Source of the DNA: the human T2T-CHM13v2.0 reference genome, Homo sapiens
DNA length: 64,000 bases
Assembly: GCF_009914755.1 (NCBI RefSeq)
Contig: NC_060933.1
Direction: 5' to 3' (one strand)
Of this stretch, positions 1 through 13,889 are shown one piece after another. Each line of letters opens with the position of its first letter. Position 1 is the first letter of the stretch. Under the pieces are notes generated by a model. That model was not told the DNA's origin and made no database searches. It was given only the letters and a program-made list of their open reading frames with translations. Made by a program: the position numbers and the translations under genes.

Positions 1-1202
1 ACAAATGCTAGGTCTAAGAATAAAAATATTATTGTCTTTGGTATCTAGGTCGGTAACACTTCTTTGGAGTTTAATGGTCAGTTAAACCAAAATATTATAC
101 AGAGAGAAGATATAGGCTATATTCCTCAATTTATCTGAAACTATTATATAGCAAGTGGTTTAAAATTGACATGATCATATATTAACATCATATTCTATCA
201 ATATCACTGAGGTAAATAAAGGATTTTTTTCACATATTTTCCAGGATTGAAAAGCAACTCCAAACTACTGAGCTCAGAATTTCCTTTTTATTATGGAGAG
301 AGTAGATGTAATGATTTTTGATTGCTGATATACATATTTTGTTCATCAAAAATTAAATGAAGCAGCACATTTCTACCTGAAATGGCATATCTGTCAGCTG
401 TGTGCTTAGAGTGTATTTTTCTTCTCTCATATAATATTGCTATGGATGAATAGCATGCTGATGAATGGGATTTTAGGTTGAGTTTTTAATCTGAAAGTTT
501 TTTTTTTTTTTTTACGGCTTTTCCTATTAATTTAACTAACAAGATTGCTGGGGGCAGGGGCAGCTGCTAGGAAGTAATATTGGAAAGACTTTAAAATATT
601 TACATATCTGTATAAATGCAAATTTATTAAAAATGACAGTTGAAAAAAGCAGTGTAGTATTGAGTTAAACATAGGCCTTAACCCCTCCATTCTAAATGCA
701 TTATTGGTTGATATATTTATATGAATTTATTATTAGGCACTATCTTAGACATCACTGTAAAATGTATAAAATATGGGGCAGTTTAATTGGTGTAAATATG
801 TCAAAATGTAAAATTACTTTTTTAATTTCTCAATTTAATATTGTCAGACTTTTCTTTATAGTGCATTTATATTTCAATGAACTAATTAAGAAATTGACTA
901 AGTTAACTTCAACATACAGACATGTGAGCCTTTGGGACATCATTTGTGGATTGAATGTTTTTTTTTTTGTCATGAACATGCACTATTCACTAGACCTGAT
1001 TCAACATCTGTTTTTGCCTATAAGTTCAATTATTTTTTCCCTAACATGCAGCTAGCTGTATATTTTTTTCTTTATAGTAAAGTAATACATATTCTTTGTA
1101 ATACCTATAGATAATAGATAAGGCATGCATACAAATGACAAAATCATCCTATCAGTTAGAGAAAAGTTCTAATTCCTTGGTGTTACTATTTTATGGTAAA
1201 TA

Positions 1203-1400
1203 TATGGTCTCTGGAGCCACAACCTCAGGTTCAAATGCTGGCTCAACTGCTTACTACTTTCTTGACATCTTGGTCAAGTTTGTACCTCAGCTTTCATATC
1301 TGTAAAGGCAGAGGACAACAGTATCTCAGTTACCAGGATTAAATAAGTTATATACAAAGTACTCATTAGAGCTCCTGGCATAGAATAAATGTTAAGCTGA
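1203..1400 (+). mobile_element. MIR SINE fragment
   Basis: Degenerate MIR core: ctggagccaca...ggttcaaatgctggctc...cctcagctttcatatctgtaaa...cctggcatag. Confidence 0.7.
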
Positions 1401-3797
1401 TGAAAATTGTATTATTGTAGAGTTTCATGCAAACCCCTGAATTTTTACATAAAATAGACATAGTTTATGAACATTTTTGCTGCTTGATGTAATGTGAATT
1501 TTTTCATCTCTCATGATACATGTGTGCAATCTTTTAAAAATATCTGTATAGCAATTTTCAGTCAACATCTGTATACGAGTATACAGTTCTGTTCAAATAA
1601 TCCCATGATTTCCTAGAAGAAAATATACTGAGCTGAAAGAAATGTATTCTTGAAGGATGTTTGAAAACATACGTACTCCTCTTGACAGTGTAGGGGTCTG
1701 AAAATTTCTGTTCAGCTTTACTAGTACAAAGTATTGCCATTAACTCTCTTCTTTTTCTAGTTACTAAATTATAAGTGTGTTGCTTCAATTTATATTTAAT
1801 TGCTTGTGGAATTAGGCATTGTTTTTTGTTATTTAACTTTGTCTTTTATGCATTATATATAGATGTATTTGTCATTTTCTTATTAATTACCATGAGATCA
1901 TTTGATACAAAACTTGAGTTTCTTAAAATATCGGATGAAATTATTAAGCAGGTAACTGTTTTCCAAGTTCTAGTGTGAAGTCATGAGACTCCTAATGGAC
2001 TGAATAATACTTGGAAAACTGAGAAGTTCTGAGTTTAATCACTCTAAAGTGATTTCAATCTTTGTCAAAACCCAACAATCATTACATTATGGGCTCGAGT
2101 AGAGTAGTTCTCATTCCAGTGGGAATCATTTTCTTTAGAAACTACTTGCTTTGGTTTGGTGTCGTTTCCAATTCATTGTTTCATATCTGGATTTGTCTTT
2201 TGGCTAACTCCTTACAGTTGATAGTTTGTTCTTCCATTTCCAGTCTGCTTGGCTTGTAATCCTGGTATTGCTCCTGTTCTTTGGTTTATTGTGTGGATAA
2301 TATACATCAGCCCCATCCTCTCCTTTAACAAGGCTTTCACATTTCTAGCTTTAGTTTGTTTGGGAAGGTAGACAGCTATGACAACAACTATTATCCTTGT
2401 CAGGAAACAAATTCCAAGGCTGGATAAAATATTGCTCTCGTCCCATACTGCATTGTGACACTTCTTATAGCTAAATGCAAGAACTCTTACTTAGAGTCTC
2501 TGTGTGTGATTCTATCTAATTAAAAAGAACACTTCCAAACTTGTTTGAATGCAAATGTGCATGAAAATGAACATTAGCCACACCATAAAGAAGGCATTTA
2601 GAAACGCAAATACACACGAACCTCATGTCAGAGTTGACTCCCTTACCATAACAAACCCCAACTAAATTACCATACACAGAGTTATACTGGTAAAATAAAA
2701 TGCAGTGTAAAATTTATAATCATTTTAATAAAGTTAACATTCTGGAAAACAATTATTTCATTTTCATAATAATTTGCATTTTATCAGACTTCAAAAAAAT
2801 GTTGCTTTTATATTTCCATTTAGATATAAACTTTCATAACATTCAAAATGCCAAGTAACTGGGCTAAATAACAGTAGGATATAGGAAGCAAAATTAATAT
2901 AACTTTTTATTTCTACTTTTAAGTAAAATTTTCAGGATCATAAATAAGAGAAAATGTTAATAAAATAATTCATTTTAAAAATTTTCCTGTGGTGATGTTG
3001 TTTAATAAAACCACATTTGGAAAACTAAATCTTCAAAAGTGGCCAGGTCATTTTTACTTAAAATACAAAGAGATCATCTGTTTTTTCTTGTCACTGTTAT
3101 GGAACCAGCTTATACTACCATAATTCATTAGACTTAAAAGTAAGATCTTAATAATGTTTATTTATTAATTTGAGAATGTCAATCAAGAATAAGAAAAAAT
3201 AAAGTCAATAATCTACAGCCTTGCTGATATATCTGCAATATATATTGTAAGTGGGGGAAAAATACTATAAAATAAAACCTTGATGGAAATTCAGTAAATT
3301 TCTGTCAAGTATATTTAGAAGTAAAAGTGAAAGCAAATAAATACACTTTTTTAATCGTTTAATTTAAAATCAAAATAAAAGATAAAGGAGCAGGTCAGCC
3401 CCTCTGGAAAACCTGCCACTTCAGTTGAAAAAACAAAGGACTGTCATTTGTTCTGAGTTGGAATATACAAACTACAGCATACAAACTAAAACATTTGTCT
3501 AAAATTTAGAGTCAACTCATTTATCATGAGGTAGCAGTCTCCCTTGTCAAATGCCAACTTTGATTATGCTATAAATTACACTATTTCTCTGGGGTTATCT
3601 TGGACTCCTCAGCATAAAATAATGTTCTTTTTGCCATATGAATTAAGGTTGAGATTGCACTGACACTCCTCAATAGCACATGTTTTGCCTCATCACTACC
3701 TAGAAATAATTTGGTAATGAAGCTCCCCTGAGAGAAAGCTGAATAATATTAAATGGTATCGTTGGCAATCAGTGCTGAAGCCTGACACGTGAGTTTG

Positions 3798-3815
3798 CAT
3801 CTCCCTCTGGTGGCA
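3798..3815 (-). promoter_or_regulatory. Candidate CTCF core motif
   Basis: Minus strand reads TGCCACCAGAGGGAGATG, close to CCASYAGRKGGCR (GGGAG variant); an E-box CACGTG lies ~7 bp away. Confidence 0.45.
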
Positions 3816-4577
3816 GAGAGAAATGAATAGCCAGTAGGTATTATAATCCATAATTACAATTACAACTGCACTAATAAAATGATGTCAGAAGCCAATAACC
3901 CAAGTTGAGAATGATATTCCCTAGACTATCCAGATGTAAAGATTTTTTTTCTTTTTGTAAACAAATGTGATTCAATAGCACTGAGAATATTGCAAGAGTT
4001 TTTATATTTTGCTAATGTTCTAACTTCCTCATAGGAAAGAACATAAAAATAGAGTATAATCAATGCATCTTACAATTTCCTAAAAACTGATACTTTTTTG
4101 CTCTTCCTTCTCTCTTTCTTTATGAATGCAAATAAAGACAAGCACATTAAATAACAATCAGATTTTCTGTAAACATTCTTATAAGTTTTTTTAAGTCTGC
4201 TTATTTCATTTTATAAGATCATACAAATATGTGATCGATCATAAATTTCCTGGGATATCAACAGAAAATGTGACAATATAGCTCCAATAAAAAATAATTC
4301 CAATTACATTCTAATTGCTATATAAATTCATTTTTATGAAAAAAGAAAAGTATGTTATGCATAGTATTTCACTGTTAATGTGGTTAGCTACAGAGCAACA
4401 CTGAATATAAATTTCCTTAATCTTTGATAAGGAGTCTTGATATTAGTCAACAGTGATAATGAATCTATTCAGCATCAGTATTTCCCAAAGTAAAAGAATA
4501 GTGATAAATACATGCTATATAAATTGCAGGAGGAATAAAAGTGCTTTAAGATCAAATAGGGAAAAAAAAACAAAACA

Positions 4578-7500
4578 GAGTGATCTCATCAAGATGGCTG
4601 ACTACAGATGCCTAGCATTCATCTCTCCCAGAAGAAAGGACCAAGTTAATGAATAAACAGCTAAGATTGGACTGGAGTGTCGAAGGGAAAGGGGAGTGGA
4701 GATGCACCAGTAGTGACTGGAAATTCAGGAGGGCAGCACAGAGGCACCCAGAATCTGCAGACCCATCTCCCCAACCCTGATCTAATTTGCTGAGTCAGGA
4801 GGGACTTCCTATTGCCAGGAAAAGGTAAGCAGAAGAACCCCACAAGCCCCATTGCCTATGTAAACATCTACAGTCTCATACAACAGGAGAACTTCACAGT
4901 CCACACAAACCCTGAAACCAGTTTAGAGAATTGCTGGGAATTCATTACCCTGGATTAGGAGCACAAGGTGTGTACTCTCTCCCTCCACCTCCCACCTCCC
5001 ATTCCCTGCCATTAGCCAAGCTGCCACAGCATGTTGCCATCTCAAGATCAGAGCCACCTCTGGAATATGCATTGTTCTGGGGGCCAACACAGGGCACCAT
5101 CTTCATTATGACAAGCCGACAATAGTGACTGAATGCTACAACCCCAGCTATGTGGACTCTGGGCCTAGGATCAGCTGTGATTCTGGTCCTGTACAGTACA
5201 GAAACCAGTATTTGGTACCACACTTCTAGCCAGATAAATAATCTTACAGTCCTGCCTTGGGCAAACCCACCCTTGAACTAGCCAAATGCTGCACTCCTTT
5301 CCCAATGCAGGAGAGAACTCCGAGGTTCTGAGCAGCTAATACACCCCCAGACTAGTGGAGCAGCTATGTTCCTGCATTCAGGGTCTGAGAAACAGCCCCA
5401 CAGCAACCCCTGCTACTCCAGACATGTCTCTGGCTTGCTTAACAGCCCTGTGCCTGCAGTCAGCGTTTGAGAAACAGTCCCAAAGGCTTCCCCTAGTGGG
5501 CACACCCATGGGCCAGGAAAACAGCAAAGAGTATATGTCTTGGGCCTTGAGCTTCAGGTGTCCACCCCTAGTGGACATGCTGAGTAGCTGTGTAGCCACG
5601 TCAGGGGCTTAAGAAATAACCCTGTGCCTGCACTTAGCAGACACAATCAGAGGCCAGCCAAACAGCCTTTCTCTCACATTCTAGGCCTGACTTACAGCCT
5701 TGCAGATTGCCCTTAGAAGACACACAGCCAGGCTGGCTGAACAGCTGAGGGCCTGCGTTCCGAGTACGTGTTTACCGCGCCTGTGTTCTGGCACTGTAGG
5801 CAACCCACAGCAAACATGCACCCAGACCAGCCAAGAGAGCATGTGATTGTATTCTGAGCTTGAAAAACATCCCCATACATAAGCTGACTACCAGCAGACA
5901 CACTCCCGGGCCAGCTGAGCCTGCTTGTGCTCATATCTCAGGCCTGAGAAGTAGCCCTGTGGGCCACTTGGGCAAATATGCCTCCAAACTAGCTAGGAAA
6001 CTGCTTCTATGTCATGGGCCTGCAAAACAGACCCACAGGCTGCCCTTGGAAGACATGCTTCCAGGCTGGCAGAAAAACTGCATGCCCATGCTCCTAGCCA
6101 GAGTAACATCCCTGTAGCCCCAAACCCAGTGAGCCAGACACCAAGTTGTTGGACTCACTGTGTGCACACATAAGCCCCTGACCTGAAAAATGGCCCGGTG
6201 AGCCAACTTTCAGCAAAGCCTCGCCATTATCACCACAAACTCTCTTAGCATAGGCTACTGAGCAACTTGCAAATGCCTTTAGCATGGGTTAGAGCTGTAG
6301 AAACGACATGGAGACAACACAAATGTGTCTACCTAGAATGAAGGCCCACACACCCTACCAAACTGACAGCCCAAGACCCATTCGTATGAACATATCTTTC
6401 CATATGAAACTAACACCATAAAATTAAACTAGATTACTTTTCTACCAAATGCATGGAAATTAATGTAGGAACACATCAAACATAAAAAACAAAGGAAACA
6501 TGACATCTCCAAAAAAAACTGATTATCTAGTAAACAGATACCAATCATAAGGAAATATATGAAATGCCAGAAAAAGAATTCAAAATAATAAATCTTAAGG
6601 AAACTGTGAGATATAAGAGAATACAGATAAACAATTCAAGAACATCAGGAAGACAACTCATGATTTGAATGAGAAATTAAATAAAGAGATAGATATCATT
6701 AAAAAAAGAACCAAACAGAAGTACTAAAGCTGAATAATTCAATTAATTTAAAAAAATACTATTGAGAACTTTAACAACAGGCTAGACCACCAAGCAGAAG
6801 AAACAAATTTCTGACCTTGAAAACAGATCTTTTTAAATGAACCAGGAAAAAAAAATAAATAAAAAAGAATGATGAAGAAAGCCTACAGGATTTATGGGAG
6901 ATCATTAAGTGAACAAATATGTTATTATAAGCATTCAAGAAAAAAGGTGAGAAAATCATATTTAATGAAATGATAGCAGAAAACATCTTGTTTTGTTAGA
7001 GGGATGGACATCCAGATCCAGGAAGGTCAAAGAACTTCAGATTGATTCAGCCCAAACAGGTCTACTCCAAGGCGCATTATAGTCAAGTTGAAGAAAATCA
7101 AGGACAAATAATTCTAAAAGCTGGAAAATAAAAACATTAAGTAACATATAAGGGAATTTCCACTAGATTAACAGCATAGTTTTCAGCAGAAACCTTAGAG
7201 GCAAGGAGAGAATGAGGCGATATATCCAAAGTACTAAAATTAAAAAAAAAAAAACAAAAAACTGTCAGCTACAAATACTATATTCAGCAAAACCATCTTT
7301 CAAAAATGGAGGACGAATGAAATGTTTCTCAGACAAGCAAAACTAAGGGAACTCATTACTACTAGCCAGTCTTACAAGAAATGTTCAAGAGAATTGTAGC
7401 TCTAGAAGTAAAAAGGTGGTAAATACCATCATGGAAACATACAAAACTCAAATTCACTGATACACACAGGAGAAAGAGAAAAGAATAAAACCATATCACT

Positions 7501-10079
7501 ATAGAAAACCAACCAACCACAAATAATAAAAGAAAAAAGGAACAAAGGGTATATAAAACAACAAGAAATCAATCAAATGATAGGTGTACGTCCTCACCTA
7601 TCAATAATAACTATGAATGTAAATAAATTAAATCCCCATTTAAAAGATATAAATTGGTTGAATAGATTTTTAAAATCCTCTCTCTCTCTATATATATACA
7701 TGTATGTATACATATATACATATATGTTGCCTACAAGAACCTCATCTCACCTTTAAAGACACATATAGGGTGAAAGTTATAAAAAAAGATGTTCTGTGCA
7801 AACAGAAACCAAAAGCTAACAGTAGTTATAGTTAGATCAGACAAAACAGAAAAACAAAGAAACATCAGATTTAAACTTCACCATAGAACAAATGGATCTA
7901 ATTTACAAAACATTTCATTCAACAGTTGGAGAATACACATTCTGCACATCAGCACATGGAACATTCTCCAGGATTGACATGTTAGGACACCAAACAAGTT
8001 TAAATATTTTTTAATCAAAATCATATCAAGTATCCCATTGATCACAATAGAATAAAATGATAACAAGAGGAACATTTGAAATAATACAAATTAATGGAAA
8101 TTAAACAACATGTTCTCTAATAATGGGTGTAGGAAAAAGTTAAGAATGAAATTTAAAAATCTCTTGAAACAAATGAAAATGGAAACACAATGTACCAAAA
8201 CCTATGGAACGCAGCAAAAGTAGTATTAAGAGGCAAGTATATATCAATAAATGTCTACATCAAAAAAAAACTAGAAAAATTGTAAATAAACAATCTAACA
8301 ATGAATGTCTAGAAAAGAACAAACTAAATCCAAAATTAGTAGCAAGGAAGAATAAAGATCAAGCAGAAGTAAACAAAATTGATACTAAAAAAATTTTTAA
8401 AAATCCACAAAACAAAAAGTTGGGTTTCTGAGAAGATGAAATTGACAAGCCATTAGCTAGACTGAAAAAAAAAAAAAAAAAAAAAAAAAGAGAGTAGACC
8501 TAAATAAAATCAGAAATAAAATCAAAGTCACAATGGAGATCACAGGAATACAAAACATTATTAGAGACCACCATGAACAACTACACTCCAATACATTTTA
8601 AAATCCAGAAAATTTCCTAAAAGAAAAAAAAAAAATCCAGGACCAGATGTCTTTACCACTGAATTCTACCATATCTTTAGAGTTAACACCAATTCTTTTC
8701 AAGCTATTCCAAAAAAATGAAGCAGAAGGTATTCCTCCCAAATTATTTGTTGAGGTCAGCATAACCATAATATGAAAAGCAGACAAGGATATAAAAATAG
8801 CTAAACAGAAAACTGCAAGCCAATAGCCTGATGAACAGAGACACAAAAGTCTTAAACAAAATACTAACAAACCAAATCCAACAACACATCAAAAAGATAA
8901 CACACCATGATTAAATGGGAGTTATCTCAGAAATGCAAGGATGGATTAACATGCAAATCAATAAATGTGATACATCACATTTGTAGAATGAAGGACAAAA
9001 GCCATTTATCAATACATACATTTGACACTAACATCCTTTAATGATTTAAACTCTAAATTAATTAGGTATAAAAGGAACATCTCAGCATAATGGAGGTCAT
9101 ATATGACAAACCCAAAACATCTTACTGATCAGTGAAAAGCTGGTATCTTTTTCCCTAAGAATGAGAAAAGACAACTCTCACCTGTCTTATTACACATAGT
9201 ACTCGAAGTCCTACCCAGAACAATTAGGCAAGAGAAAGAAAAGGAATACAAATTGGAAAGAAAGAAGTCAAATTATCTGTACCTAGATGACATGATTTTG
9301 TACATAGAAAAATCTAGAGAGTCTACCAAAAATCTCAGACTTGATAAATAAATTCAGCAAGGTTGCAGAATATAAAAATCAATATGAAAATTAAGTCACA
9401 TTTCAATACAGGAAAAATGAACTAGCTGAAAAAGTAATCAAGAAAACTATCTCATTTACAATAGCTACAAGAAACTTATAAAATACCTAGGAATAAATTT
9501 AACCAAAGAGGTAAAAAAAAAAAAAAAACTCCACAATGAAAACTACAAAACATTGATAAAAATAATTGAAGAAGATACAAATAAAAAGACACCCCATGCT
9601 CATGGATTAGAAGAATATTGTTAGAATCACAAAACTATCCAAAGCAATCTGATTCGATTAAATCTCTATCAAAATGTCAAGGATATTCTTCAAATAAATA
9701 GAAAAAAAATCATAAGATGTAAATGGAAGCACAAAATACTTCAAGTAGCCAAAGCCATCCTGAGACAAAACAGCAAAACTGAAGGCGTGACACTACCAGA
9801 CTTCAAAATACACTACAAAGCTGTAGTAACTGTAAAACAGCATAACACTGGCATAAAAACAGAAAGAGACCAATAGAACCAATAGAGAATGCAGAAATTA
9901 ATCCACGTATCTATAGCCATCTGATTTTTGGCATGGGTATCGAGAATATTCACTGTTGAAAAGGTAGTATCTTTAATAAATGGTGCTAGGAGAACTGGAT
10001 AGCCACCTGCAGAAGAATTAGACCCCTGCCTCCAACCCTATACAAACATCAATTCAAAATTAATCAATACCTAAATATA
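4578..10079 (+). mobile_element. Old LINE-1 (L1PB/L1MA-type), 5'-complete, 3'-truncated, decayed ORF1 (~6470-7420) and ORF2 (~7577-10079)
   Basis: Starts with the caagatggc YY1-like motif after an A-rich flank. ORF1-like and EN/RT-like remnants (tcaataataactatgaatgtaaat; agatgacatgattttgtacatagaaaa; aaatggtgctaggagaactggatagcc) with many stops and indels; no 3' UTR or poly(A). Confidence 0.9.
5330..6220 (+). repeat. Degenerate ~75-85 bp tandem array in the old L1 5' region
   Basis: Recurring anchor (c)tgagaaacagccc-like at ~5386, 5468, 5609, 5686, 5859, 5944, 6018, 6183, alternating with ggccagctgagcagc-like blocks. Confidence 0.75.
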
Positions 10080-12959
10080 CAGTACAGTCCTCAGAAAAAT
10101 GGCATATAGTTACAGATCAATGAATGCCATTATGGTTTTTTATTCTAATTTTAATTAATCATACTAATCTTGATGTTGAGGAGATAGAATAACATCTGGC
10201 AGCCTTTTATTTGCTAATGTTAAACAACTAAAAATAGCTTTAAAAAAGTTAAAATATCCAAATGAATGACAATATTTGATTTATATAAAATGAATAAGTC
10301 ATATTATTTAAATTTTAGGGTGTTTTTGCTCCTAATTTTTTGTTACTCTACTTTTCATACTGATTTAGCACCTCTTAAAAACATACCCTCTCTTCCTTCT
10401 AACTAGTTTCAGGACCCTATTACCTTGACCTCCAGTCATCTCTCTGAGTCAATTCCATTGAGCTGGGTGAATTGGTGGCTTGGCCCAAACTTCACCTCAA
10501 CCCAGTCTCTCTTTGGGCAGGAATCAAAGTCCCCCCACAGGAAGGAATGTATCTTTCAACTCATGTGCCATTTTTGCAGAAGCTTTTCAGACACCTCCCT
10601 TACCAGTGAACTCAGTTTCCCACCCTTTAGATGGCTGTGGAGTCCTGCATGTGCCGCATTCGGATAATTATTCAAATGAAGTACACTTAAGAGCTTGCAT
10701 TGTCTAAAGGCCCAATGATTCATGTAACTCCCCTATCAGCACAAATGAGAAGTTCCTGCCTGAATGCAGCAGATGGAAATGGAAATTACAGACTTTGGTA
10801 AGGCAGACTATATTGCAGCTTAATGATTTGCATTTTAAAAGTTGGGAGTTCTCATAAATACTAAAGAGAAAGAACAACGGGCTATATTAGGTAGTTTCAG
10901 GTGCTTGTATGACCTGGTGCTAACTATTTAACCTGCCTGAGTGAGCCTCAGTCTTCGTTACTGCAGCATTTGTAAGATATCAATGCCTGTTTGAATTCAT
11001 GTCTTACTAAGCTGCTGCCAGGATTGAGTGACATGTGGATATAATAGGACTTCAGGAATTACAGTATTTCATAAATGCAGTAATAATCTGTTACATTTGT
11101 AACACCTATACGCTTTTCTGTTTCTATCTTCATATACACCTTGAAGTTTTTTTTCATCATAATCAAAGATCTTTTCTTGAGGTTACAATAAACGGGATTT
11201 AACCCATAAGCAGCAATGTTAGCAATTTTCAAATTTCTTAGACATGTTTTAAGTTTTACATTTAAATCAGTGACAAAATTGTTGTCAGTTTTGGTTTGTG
11301 TCTTCCAAAACAGTGTCTCAGGCACTTGCTCTTTGATGAGACACTGTGCAAACGTTGAAGGATATTAGAAAACAGAACAGTTTGTTTACCTCAGCTTTTT
11401 GTGGTCTGGATAATTTGCACACTGCTTTTCAATAAGCTGATTTGTCTTCTTGTTTACATAGGCTGTGCTATAGCCATTTAAAGTTCAAAATTACTGCTAA
11501 AAGGTAATTGATCCTCTACTTCAATATCCCTGCTGTTTCATGAGCTCTCTAACAATTCGAAGGAATCTATTTCTCACTGATGTTGAAAAACATAATAAGG
11601 TCACAGCAGGGAGGCTTTAGCTTCATTAAAGAACATTATTATAAAAATAAAATGATGGAGGGCAAATTGTTTTTGTCCTTGTGGTACTGTTTCTGCAGAT
11701 CCACATTAATCTGAACGTTTAAAGCAACAATAAATTTGTTACGTCCTCTTTATCATTCACTTCACCATGGTAGCCCCTAGTGGTAGAAGGAGATGCCAAT
11801 TGCTCACTGCTCAGGTTCCAGGGGATTTCTTCCTCAGTTGAATAAGAAGGAGTTAAGCCTCTTTAGAAAGGAGGGCTATAGCCTGTCGATAACTAAATTT
11901 ATTCCTGCTTTTAACATATCAGAATTCTGATGTCCAGAAAATGTAGATGCCAGCATTATTTAAAAACTGAGTAGAGAAGTGAATAGAAATTTTGACCCAC
12001 TCCGGCTTCCATCTATCATGGGAGCCTATAACGCAGGATGAACGAAGAAGGATTTAAGATAGAAGATCAGTGATTGCTCTATTAATCTAGTTTAACTGAT
12101 ACTAAAATCTGACAGAGCGAATTACAAGTTGCAGGCACTAAGGCTTATCAATTCATTACTACTTTCAAGGCTCTACCTTGCTTTCTTTTTGCCTTTAGCT
12201 CCTGGCAAAGGACAGCCTTTTACAGTTCAATTTCTCAGTTTATTTTTGACTGCTTTTAATTAAATTTGATGGCCTGCTTCTGCACCACTGAAGTTATTGG
12301 AGTTGCAAAGCACTTTGCTGTTATAATGATAGCTCCCTTGATGTCTGTTCATTATTAACTGCTTTTCAAAAGTGCTGCTTTCAACTCTCATTTTATAAAT
12401 ATTTAAATAATTGTGAATTTCTATAACATAAATGTCTGTGCACATAAGATAGGGTTTCTGTTTGCCTGTTTAATACATAGTAAAATAGAAATCTCTTTTT
12501 GTAAGGTTATATAATATTAATTAAGAATGTGTCCTTAATTCATTCCTAACATAAATTCTCACATGAATAGCAGTATCTCAAAATAATAATGATTTAAGAG
12601 CTATGACACTCACACATATAATTAATTCTAGTAAAATATCTTAGAATGATTTTTTTAATATATAGATTAAGAAAGTCCTGATTCTTTCTGGTCTTAAGAT
12701 GAAATAGAGTATATTCAAGAGAACTTACAAATTACATAATAGTTTTACTGCTCAGGGGAAAAAAATGGCAGAGGATAAAATTAAAAGCCCTGATTTTTTT
12801 TTTTTTAAACAAAGACTGATGAATTAACAGTAGGTATCAATCTCTTTTCCTTCTCCAAGCTTCAGACAAATTATGGGAAAATAATTTTTAAAAAGCCAAT
12901 TTATAGAAGTAAAAAAAAAAAAACTAAAGATAGTAGAAAAGACAATAGTGTAATTGAGA

Positions 12960-13160
12960 GCAGCTGATATTATGTGTCCCACACTGTTCTAATTCATTTA
13001 GCAACCATAACATTCCTATCATTACCTCCATTTTATAAATGAGGAAATGGTGAATCATTAAGCAATTTGCTGATTATCACATATTCAGTAAGTGGCAAAG
13101 CTAGTATTCAAGTCCAAGCAGTGTCGTTGTAAAGTCATACACTTAATCCCTGTGCCATAA
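12960..13160 (-). mobile_element. MIR SINE
   Basis: ccattttataaatgaggaaat...agtaagtggcaaagctagtattcaagtccaagcagtg = reverse MIR core. Confidence 0.75.
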
Positions 13161-13889
13161 TTCAATAAATTGTGGAGGATGGGAAGCAGGTGGAGAAATG
13201 ATTCATATAGCAGGGCTGAGAAAGTACTGCCTATATGCCCACAGTGTGGAGCCCCCACAAGAAGTTAGCAAATCACTCAGAGAAGCTGTGAGCAACTCAC
13301 CACTTGGAAAAACTGAGTGCTTTAGAAGGCACGAATGAACTGCAGTTCTGAACAGAGAAAAATTCATCAAGTTCTAAGGTGGTTGCTCTCTCTTCCTCTA
13401 CAGTGGGCAATTACCTCTTCATTCCCATCACCTCCCTTTCTCTCAATCCCTTGAATCCGAAGTATACTATTCTGTGAATAAATTAAACCTGTTAAATGTT
13501 AGATTTTGATCAGAGCTATTATTGGAAGTTCACATAATCAAGGGACCTGTAACCTTCTTTCCCTTTTTGGTTTCTAGAACACCAATTATATTACCCAAGC
13601 CCCCATTCTAAAATTCCCTTGTGAAATATGAATGAAGAGCCACAGATCATCAGCAATGGAAGCAAAATTTCAGCATGAGTAGTTGAGACCTACAGTAACA
13701 ACTAAAAAGGACTGAAATAGAGATAATGTCTATAATCAAAGAACAGGGAAATATTACACATAACCAATGTTGGAGTGAGAAAACAGTATGTGTTGTACTA
13801 AATCAAAAAATGAATGCTATAAAAAATAACAAAAAAGTTATTGGAAAAGTATGAAAAATAAAATTTAAAAAACCAGTAGAACATAAGAC

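Noticed and set aside
696-1055. 119-aa ORF
   Set aside because: AT-rich composition-driven ORF with no recognisable domain or splice context
1863-1951. Possible plus-strand exon (tatag|ATG...AAGCAG|gtaact; DVFVIFLLITMRSFDTKLEFLKISDEIIKQ)
   Set aside because: Good donor but mediocre acceptor next to decayed L1ME-like sequence; peptide not recognised; no partner exon
5330-6220. CRISPR-like or gene-like reading of the periodic GC-rich block and its many short ORFs
   Set aside because: Units are degenerate tandem copies without unique spacers, inside an L1 5' region of a primate genome
10412-10797. Plus-strand acceptor (ctaactagtttcag|G) and donor (TTG|gtaagg) with 75-80 aa ORFs
   Set aside because: Unrecognised peptides, internal stops, and conflicting splice-like sites on both strands
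11310-11347. 11-bp-stem hairpin acagtgtctca/tgagacactgt
   Set aside because: A stem of this length with a 16-nt loop is plausible by chance in 64 kb; too short for a pre-miRNA
11768-11785. CTCF-like tagcccctagtgg
   Set aside because: Mismatches at the conserved GGC end of the core
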